64,000 nt of DNA from Lama guanicoe (lineage: Eukaryota). Location of the stretch: assembly GCA_013239625.1 (NCBI GenBank), contig MU053520.1, positions 524,934 to 588,933 on the forward strand. Reading direction: 5' to 3'. The notes below the pieces were generated by a model. It did not search any database and was not told the DNA's origin. It saw only the letters and a program-made list of their open reading frames with translations. A program made the position numbers and the translations under genes. Below are positions 54,660 through 64,000 of this stretch, piece after piece (within the stretch, counting starts at the first letter, position 1; each line of letters opens with the position of its first letter).

Positions 54660-56640
54660 GAGACAAGCAAGATGGTGGACTAGAAGGACGCTTGTAGCTC
54701 ACCCTTTCCCACAAATATACCAAAACTCACATCTATGGACCTACTCAGCCAACTAGAGCACTTGCCAAACTCCAACAGAACATTGCCCTCTTCAAAAGAC
54801 AAAGATGCTGAAAATATGGTTCCTCTGCTTCTCCATATTGCTCATTTCTCTCTGGCACTGTGGCTTAAGGAGTATCAGTTATCTAGTTCTCCTGAAGACT
54901 GTGTGCTCTTAAAAGATCAAGAGAAATTCCCTGAAAGCAGAATCAAGGAAATAGACATTGATGGCCTACTAGATCAAGATTTCATAAAAGGAGTGATCAA
55001 AGTACTAAAGGAACTAAAACAAATAATAGTGTTTAGAGATATAAAATATGTCAAGAATAAAATAGAAGCTATAAAGAAAAACCAAGCAGAATTAGTAAAC
55101 TCATTTGCTGAGATGAGAGCTGACCTAAAGGCTGTACAAAGCAGGCTGGATAATGCAGAGGAACGAATAAGTGACCTAGAAGACAGGACAACAGAAAGCA
55201 CACAATCAGAACAGCTGAGAGAAAAATTAATAAAAAAACAATTAAAACAACATACGGGACCTATGGGATAATATAAAGTATACCAATCTATGCATAATAG
55301 GGGTTCCAGAAGAGGAAGAAAGAACAAAGGGGATTGAAAAGGAATTTGAAGAAATCATGACTGAAAACTTCTCAAACCTAAAGAAGGAATCAGATATCCA
55401 AGTACAGGAGGCTCAGAGGGTCCCAACAAGGAAGAACCCAAACAGACTCACACCCAGACATATCATCATCAAGATGGACAGAGTCAAGGATAAAGAACTG
55501 ATCCTAAAGGCAGCAAGAGAAAAACAAAGAGTGAGTTATAAGGGAACCCCCACAAAGCTCTCAGTTGATTTCTCTACACAAACACTACAGGCCAGATGGG
55601 AGTGACAAGATATATTCAAAGTCCTGAATGAAAAAAAAAAGATGGAGCCTAGGATACTCTACCCAGCAAGGCTATCCTTTAGAATAGAAGGAGAGATAAA
55701 GAACTTCACAGACAAGCAAAAACTAAAAGAGTTTAGCAACACTAAACCCATGCTAAAAGAAATATTGACAGGTCTACTCTAAATAGAAAAGAAGCAGGAT
55801 GCTACAAAAATGAGAAACTCATAACTGGAAAGGTGATAACTACCATGAATTACAAATAGAATGAACATGAAATTGTAAAAGAAGACATCTAAATCATTAA
55901 GAATGGGAGAGGGAAGCAAGGAAAGCTGCTGTGGGAAACAGTATGGAGATTCCTCTAAAGACTAGGAATAGACTTACCATATGACCCAGGAATCCCACTC
56001 CTGGGCTTATATCCAGAAGGAGCCCTACTTCAGGATGACACCTGCACCCCAATGTTCATAGCAGCACTATTTACAATAGCTAAGACATGGAAGCAGCCTA
56101 GATGTCCATAAAAAGATGACTGGATAAAGAAGAAGTGGCATGTTTATATGATGGTATACAATTCAGTCACAAAAGCCAACAACACAACGCCATTTGAAGA
56201 AACGTGGCTATTCCTGGAGAATGTCATTCTAAGTGAAGTAAGCCAGAAAGAGAAAGAAAAATACCATATGAGTTCGCTCATATGAGGAATCTAAAAACAA
56301 AGAAACAAACAAACAAAAGCATAAATACAAAACAGAAACAGACTCATAGACATAGAATACAAACTTGTGGTTGCCAAGGGGGCGGGGCGTGGGAAGGGAC
56401 AGACTGGAATTTTAAAATGTAGAATAGATAAACAAGATTATACTGTATAGCACAGGGAAATATATACAAGATCATGTGGTAGCTCATAGCGAAAAAAAGT
56501 GACAATGTATATATATATATATATATGTTCATGTATGACTGAAAAATTGTGCTCTACACTAGAATTTGACACAACATTGTAAAATGACTATTACTCAATA
56601 AAAAGTGTAAAATAAAATAAAGTAACAAAAAGAAAAATAA
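54660..56640 (+). mobile_element. Non-autonomous ORF1-only L1 derivative (HAL1-like), copy 2, with both termini
   Basis: Same 5' end, ORF1, spacer and junction (55925/55926) as copy 1. Full 3' UTR and A-rich tail. Perfect 18-bp TSD aacaaattaagagaaagg (54642-54659 and 56641-56658), preceded by tttt. Confidence 0.95.
54909..55782 (+). pseudogene. L1 ORF1p of copy 2 (start codon inverted; frameshifts in A runs; one stop)
   Basis: LKDQEKFPES...SRLDNAEERISDLED; MTENFSNLKKE...TPRHIIIK. Confidence 0.93.
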
Positions 56641-57444
56641 AACAAATTAAGAGAAAGGTTTAAGCCCTTTAATGGGAACACTTTAAGAACTTAAGAATAT
56701 ACAGTTTTGGTAACTTCTCCTGCAATAAAACTTTATGAACATTACAATTCAAAGCATTAGTATTTGAATTTTAAATATATGCATATACTTATTTAAAATG
56801 TGAATTATAGATTCTATCATCAAAATTTCATTACTTTATATAAACAATTTTCAGGTTAATGTAATTTAACACAATAACAAAAATATTTGTTCCTTTTGGA
56901 TTTGTAATATTTAATAGTTTTAGGCTTCATTTGGCAATTTCAGGCAGTATTTTAAATTTCAATATCTGGAGATTAGTTGCCACAATTTATTATATGCAAT
57001 TTCATACATGATGTGGTAGCTCCTGTCACTTCCTTTTTTTTCTATACATAGAGTCCGTTATATTTTTCCCTGCAGGGCATCCATGTCCTGCTTCCAGTCT
57101 TGAATGCCTTCACTCTTTGGTATTGAATCTTTCTCCCAACAGCTAACTAGTCAATGTTTTCAATTTCCTACTGTTAGATACCCAAAATTTCAGCATTTCA
57201 TAAATAATATGAGTCTTTCAGTTTCTTCAGATTTCTATTAGAGGCTTTTGGATGTTATTTTTTACTTTCCAAATTTAAAGCAAATTAGGCATAATATGTT
57301 ATTTTTAGCAATTAACTGTAACTTTATTCAGGTTAAATTTAAATTTTGAAAAGTAAATATGTATATGTAGATATATGTGTGTGTATTTGCACATACATAT
57401 TTGTATGTGTTCTAAAACATTTATATACATTAATATATGTTTAT

Positions 57445-57586
57445 GTTTTTATTGAAGCAGAATCAGTTTACAATGTTGTATCAATTTCTAGTGTACAGCA
57501 TAATATTTCAGTCATACATGTACATACATATATTCATTTTCTTTTTTTTCACTATATATTACCACAAGATACTGAATATAGTTCCC
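57445..57586 (-). mobile_element. Short L1 3' terminal fragment
   Basis: Homologous to 6790-6935 (attgaag...cagtttacaatgttgtatcaatttct...caagatactgaatatagttccc). Confidence 0.85.
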
Positions 57587-59289
57587 AAACATGTTTTAAA
57601 TTTGTATGTATTTAAGTTATGCATAATATTTAAATACGTGTATTTCAAAACAGTTTTTGTATCAGCAGTGACCAAAAGTGTACTTTCTTGTGAAAGCTGT
57701 TAACAGACTCATCAAACTTGTTGAAAATCATTTTTGACAATTAGTATATTTGGGAAATTGGACAAAGACAATTAACTAATGACTTAGAAAATGGCCTGCA
57801 GCAATAAATTTTGCCTGAATTGATTCTTTATAAAATAGGTAGTTTTCAAGTTTCATTTCTGTGAATTGTTACAGTGATAGCATCCTGTATCATAACATGA
57901 CTGTGAACTTCAATAGAGGAAATTTGCTCAGGATTAGATACCTGATTCAAACTGAGAAAATCAGAATTTTTCTCAGAGCTTTGGTTACTGGGACCAATGG
58001 AAAATAAGACAGCCTCCTATCTGGGCCTATATCTTGACTACTGGTGAAATTCAGGTGAACTAAAGAAGATATGAGGCTTTCAAGAGAAAGCCAAATTGAA
58101 GAAAATAAACAAACTAGTCAGATAGGCATAAGAAAGCAGAAATAATGTAAGAAAAAATATCTTAAAAGTAACTGAGTGTTGGGCAAGTTGTTCTTAGGGC
58201 TTATCCTCATTTGCCTCTCAGAATGCCTTGGGTCAGGGACATGCTCCAGTGCACTAATGATAAATCTTCCTTTTTCATTAGCTGATTAGTTTTAGAGGTT
58301 TCTGTCACTTTCAAATGAAAGACATGAAACAGACTTTGGGCAAGTCACAGAATAATAGTAAAAGGAGCAGTGACGATGATGGTGACAATAATGATGATAT
58401 AGTTATTTTAAAAATGCCTTGTAGTTGTTTTATGTTCTTGGATAATCAATGTTTTGTAGATGTTTTCAGCAACTACTACATAGCAAGCAGTGAACTAGGT
58501 ATTGGGAATACATTTATGAAAATAAAAGTCTCTTCAAGACAGACAAGTAAACAAGCAAACATTACGTCTTATGACATAATGTATTCAGAATTCTAATACA
58601 GAGAAGATTAAGAGCTGACTTTCCTTAATCCTGTGCAGCAATATTTCTACTAACAAATGAGTATTTGATGCATTTATATCAACTCTAATAATATCTCAAC
58701 AGTCTCATTTTTATTAGATGCATCAAAATCTGTTGGTAAATAATATTCTTGAGTTTTATTCTTGAATTGAATATAACTCAACAGTTTCACATGTTTACAG
58801 TAATCAAGTTACATATTCTGATACTCTGTTTAAGATAAGAAGTGGATATTCTTTCTGCTAGAACTAGACAATTATTAATAATCCTTGATATTATAGAGTA
58901 GAGGGTTTATATTCAGCATTTTCTTCATGAAGTTATTAAACAATGTTTTATATGTATGAGCTCTAAGTATATGGAGATATGCATTAATTTTATCCTGTTA
59001 AGGAGAAATTAAAAGACAAAGTGAGCATGAGTTCATGGTGTTATACATAAAAAGACTGCTCCTTACCAAGTTCTTGGAAAAGATGGATTGGATGTGTGGT
59101 AAATATTAACCAAAATCCATTCTCAAAACCATAGTTTTCATACTTCTTTCTTGTTTTAAGAAAAGGAATTTATCTGATTCCCACATTTGAATGGACTTAC
59201 CTGATTCTGGATTCTTATTTTTGATTTTTGATTGCCTTAATATCAAGTTAATGAACATAAGATACTATTATAGTCTTTATTAAAAGACT

Positions 59290-59790
59290 TTATTAAAAAA
59301 AATACAAGTCCATGAATACTGAGACATATTCTTTCTACAAACTGGTAAAGCTTTTTAAAAGTGTTAATGTCCAGTGTTGTCCAAGGTACAAACAAGTAGA
59401 TACTAATAATCTATGTGAAATGCAAACTAGTAGAATATTTATATAGGGAAAGTTGGCAATATATAGCAATAACCATAAAACTTTCTTCATAAATTTTAGT
59501 CCAGAAATTCTGCACTATCTTTAGAAAATAATTATTAATGTGGACCGATATTTATACACCAGCATATTCATCTCATAATTTGTAATAGCAAATTGTTGGT
59601 AACCACCTAAGTGTCAAGTGATAGAGAAGCAATAAGGAAAAACAAAAATGGAGTATGTTGTGGCCAAGAAACAAAATATTTTTGAAGATTATTTAATAAC
59701 ATATGAATTTGTTTGCAATAGAATTTTTTGGTATAAATACAATATGTCTGCAAAATACATGTATATAAAAGGATCATTTTAATTATTGCC
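59290..59790 (+). mobile_element. Ancient L1 3' region
   Basis: Degenerate ccagtgttgtccaagg...aaagttggcaatatatagc...aaccacctaagtgtc. Confidence 0.5.
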
Positions 59791-60984
59791 ACTGCATCTC
59801 TATCAATATCAGGACAGGGCTCTAAGGTCCCAGGTTAGCATTGGCTTTAATTGTGCTAGAGGTTACCTGCGGTCACTGATAATGTGTCTAAATTTTCTTC
59901 CCAGGCAAACAAGAAAATGACATCTTCTAGTCTCCTTTGAAGTTAAATGTATCTTCACATTTCCTAACTTCCCTTTTCCACTGTCTTTGTGAAGTATTTA
60001 AAAAACAGTTTCATAATTTGTGATACTCATTGATTTTCTTTCCCACCCCCTTAATATCTGAATGGTTTTGCCCTTATTATCTGTCTTATCAGTTTGGATT
60101 CTATTCCCTATGATAATGCCACATGGCATTATCCTGCAAAAAAGCTTTATTTGATTAGTTTTGAGGGTTCATTGGGACCAGGCCATTCCCTTGATTGTAC
60201 TGCTAGTTTCCAATGAGTTAACATTAGTATTTTTTCCAGTAAGTTATACTTTAGTACATAAACATAATTACAGTGTATTAGTAAATTACATTAGGCTTCT
60301 CAGGATAAAAGGTCATCAAAAGTCCCCAAGTCTTATCTTCGTTTGCATGTGTACAGTCACTGATATTATGCAAGTCCTGTTGCCTTCAGTGGTTTGTTTC
60401 CAGTCAGTCATGTTTTTTGGTTTGTGGGAATGCTTAGTATTTATGTAGATATTGTTTTGGGGTTTTAGTTTTGCTGTCCTGTTTTCTGTTCAGTTTTATG
60501 GGGAAAAGCAAAAAAATTAAAACAACAATAAAATTATGTTGTCACAGCTTCCATCAGCACAGAATCCTGAACAAATTAATTTTGAGTCCTTAAAAGACAC
60601 AGCACTACTGTTGAAGAGGTGAAGATAGAGGAATTATGGAAATAAAAAAATAACACTATATGGTATTGTAATAGTCCATAGGACTACATAAGGAATGAAC
60701 AGGACATTGATCTAGACATCTGAGCTCTAACTTCAGATTAACCTTTAACTTTCATGTAATTTTTTGTAAGAAATCTTCCATTTTAGTTTCATGTTTCTCA
60801 TATGTTAAATAGTTGAATTTTTGTTTCCCTTGGATTAAATTTCTTATAGTTTTCTATAAGTGGGGCATACACTTTACATTACACATATATGGTCAGCCAT
60901 AGAGCTCTACTCAAAAACTTACAGAGGTTTTGCTTTCAAGAATAAAATCTAATTAACTTACCATGATGTTTAGCATCTAAAGAC

Positions 60985-62435
60985 AGAGACACTACCAAAA
61001 AAACAATAGGCCAATATTGTTGATGAAAAGAAATGCAGAAATCCTCAACAAAATGTTAGCAAACACAATCCAATAACACTTGAAAAAGATTATACACCTG
61101 ATCAAGTTGAGTTCATCAGAGACACAAGGCTGGTTCAACATACACAAATCAATCCAAATGATGCAACAAATCAACAAGAGAAATGACAAAAATCAGATGA
61201 TCATCTCAATAGATGCAGAAAAAGCATTTGATAAAATTCAACATCCATTTATATTAAAACTCTTACCAAAATGGGTATAGAGGGAACATATCTCAACATA
61301 ATAAAAGTTATTTATGACAAATCTACAGCCAGCATAATACTAAATGATAAGAAGTTGAAACACTTCCCACTAAAGCTGAAACAATACGAGGAAGCCACTC
61401 TCACCATTTCTATTCAGCATAGTATTGGAAGTCCTAGCCATAGCAATTAGATAAGAAAAAGAAATAAAAGGGATCCAAATTGGAAGAGAAGAGGTAAAAT
61501 TATCACTATATGCAGATGACATGATACTATATATAGAAAACACAAAAACTACTAGAGCTGATAAAAGAATTCCACAGGGTAACAGGATACAAGATCAACA
61601 TACAGAAATCAGTTACACTTTATTTTAACATTTTTTCTTGATTTACAATCATTTTACAATGTTGTGTCAAATTCCAGTGTAAAGCACAATTTTTCAGTTA
61701 TACATGAACATGTATATATTCACTGTCACATTCCTTTCTCTGTGAGCTACCATAAGATCTTGTATATATTTCCCTGTACTATACAGTATAATCTTGAGAT
61801 ATCACCTCACATAAGTCAGAATGGACATCATCAAACAGAATCAAAAGATAAAAGCTGGAAAGGGTGTGGAGAAAAGGAAACCCTCCTACAGTGTTGGTGG
61901 GAATGTAGTTTGGAGCAGCCATTATGAATAACAATATGGAAATTCCTCAGAAAACTAAAAATAGGCTTCATATGATCTAGCAATCCCCTTCCTGATTTTT
62001 AATTCAAAAAGATGCATACACCCCAATGCTCATAGCAGCAGTATTTACAATAACCAAGATATGGAAACAACCAAAATATCCATCAACAGATGACTGGATA
62101 AAGAAGTTGTGGTATATTTTTGCAATGAAATACTATTCTGCCATAAAAAATAATATAATAGAGCCATTTGCAGCAACATGGATAAACATGAAGATTGTCA
62201 TTCTAAGGGAAGTAAGCCAGAAAGAGAAAGAAGAAACCATACGATATCACTTAAATAAAACAGAACTAGATTTATAGATGTAGAAAACAAACTTATGGTT
62301 ACCAGGGTGAAAGGGTGGAGGGAGGGAAAAATTGGGAGTTTGGGAAATACGTATTTTCATGTATGAGTGAAGCATTACGGTGTACACCAGAAACCGACAC
62401 AACATTGTAAATTGACTGTACTCCAATAAAAATAT
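60985..62435 (+). mobile_element. L1 ORF2 RT region joined to the ORF2 C-terminus/3' UTR across an antisense insertion
   Basis: [26 protein letters not shown] and YADD (tatgcagatgac at 61508), then RYHLT and [14 protein letters not shown]. Confidence 0.93.
61618..61796 (-). mobile_element. Short young L1/HAL1-like 3' terminal insertion
   Basis: Reverse complement closely matches 56432-56615 (caagattatactgtatag...gacacaacattgtaaaatga). Confidence 0.9.
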
Positions 62436-62599
62436 ATATACAGAGAACAAAATTAGGACAAGAATATCAAATATATATTGTAAAGATATGAGATAATTTT
62501 CAATCATTTATCTCAAGTCCCATACTTTACAGCTGTGAACTTGACACTCTTAATCAGCAAGCCCCAAATAATACTTATGATTAATATATATGTGCAAAC

Positions 62600-63190
62600 C
62601 ATGTATCAATCACCCTGGTCCTGCCTATTGTTAGAATTACACAGATAGTCACCCAGTTTCTCAAGCCAAATGGCTAGGATGTTTTCATTAGATTTTTCTT
62701 ATGCTGTCCCTGCCTCTCCATTTATTCACCAGCAACCATTGTCTAGCATTTACATATATTCACCTCTACTCCAGCATTTCTCACTGGCCAAAAACAGCCT
62801 CTTCTTAACTGTTCATTTTTGCTCCCTACAGTCTGTTTTTTACATAGTACAACAACCTTTAAATAAATAAATTATATCACATATCCCTCTTAAAAACATC
62901 CAGTAATGTTTTCCTATTCTTTGAATATAATCTAGTCTTTTACTACATCCCACCATGCCCTGTAGAATCAGCACCCTGCACCTCTCTGAGCTACCCAACC
63001 AATGATTATTCCATCTGAACACTGTTTTAGCCACCATGGCCATATTTTCATTTCTCAAAGTCTCCAAGATTGTTCTTTCTTCAGAGTCTTTGAATTTTTG
63101 TTTCTTTTACCTAGAATACCTTTCTCAGGTTTCCTTAATGTGGAGATTTCTTATCAAGTAGGTCTCTGCTAATTCAGTTAACTTCAGCAA
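62600..63190. mobile_element. L2 LINE fragment
   Basis: agtcacccagtttctcaagccaaa...aacagcctcttcttaactg...ttttagccaccatggcc. Confidence 0.55.
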
Positions 63191-63385
63191 ATACTGATTA
63201 CACTATGCATATGCATACATATTATATATACTATATTATGCCAGACATATACATCTTGGGTGATTAAAAATAAACAAGATCCAGTTCTCATAAAGGTTGC
63301 AGTGGGACAAATATTGGTTGAATATCACAATTGTGGACATGAAACTATGAATCAGAATTTTTTTTTGGACTCCTTTTTGACCCTA

Positions 63386-64000
63386 TTTTTTTCTTCTTCC
63401 AGTTTTATTGAGATTTAATTAACATACAGAACTATGTAAGTTTAAGGTGTACACCATAAGTTTAGTAAATATCCATCATCTCATACAGACATGAGATAAA
63501 AAGAAATACAAAAATATATGTTTTCCTTGTGATGAGAACTCAGAATTTAGTCTCTTAACTTTCAAATATAAAATATGGCAGTATTAATTATATTTATCAT
63601 GTTGTACACCACATCTTTAGTAATTATTTATCTTGTAACTGAATATTTGTACCTTTTGACCACCTTCATCCAATTCTCCCTCCTCCTACCCCTTGCCTCT
63701 GGTAATCACAAATCTAATGTCTTTTTCTATATGTTTTTGTTTGTTTGTTTTGAAGTATACTTGACCAGTGTTTCCTGTTACACAACATAGTCAATATTTC
63801 TATACATTCCAAAATGATCATGACTGATATGTCTAGCTACCATCTGTCACCACTCAAATATATTACAAAGTAATTGATTATATTCCCACACTCGTCATTT
63901 CATTCTCATCACTCATTAATTTTGGAAATGGAAGTTTGCACCCCTTAATCTCCCTCACCTATTTCTCTTCTCTCCCCTCATACAATCACATGTTTTTTCT
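63386..64000 (-). mobile_element. L1MA-type 3' UTR, running off the window edge
   Basis: ttttattgagat...aagtttaaggtgtac...gtgatgagaac. 63750-64000 is similar to 15595-15850. Confidence 0.8.

Noticed and set aside
34236..56640. Segmental duplication as the explanation for the two ORF1-only copies
   Set aside because: The flanks are unrelated, and copy 2 has its own TSD and A tail.

Overview
Mammalian, AT-rich, repeat-dense DNA, probably camelid based on a tRNA-derived SINE at 52861. I found no host protein-coding exon I can support; the ORFs that have recognisable products all come from transposable elements. The window contains: (1) many LINE-1 fragments of different ages, including a roughly 6 kb degenerate near-full-length L1 (15590-21540, minus strand); (2) a decayed gammaretrovirus-like (ERV1-class) provirus (22571-30973, minus) with gag-pro-pol, a largely deleted env and two foreign solo LTRs nested in it; (3) a cluster of nested LTRs at 30-34 kb in which two LTR families are each inserted inside the other; (4) the most interesting signal, two dispersed copies (34236-36692 and 54660-56640) of a young non-autonomous ORF1-only 'half-L1' element. 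Both copies join the ORF1/inter-ORF spacer to the last ~0.3 kb of ORF2 at the same nucleotide. One copy has an A-rich tail and a perfect 18-bp target-site duplication, so the shortened element itself was retrotransposed. The junction falls on a CAG in the parental L1, so it may derive from a spliced L1 RNA. Repeat family names come from my recollection of sequence patterns, not from a database search.
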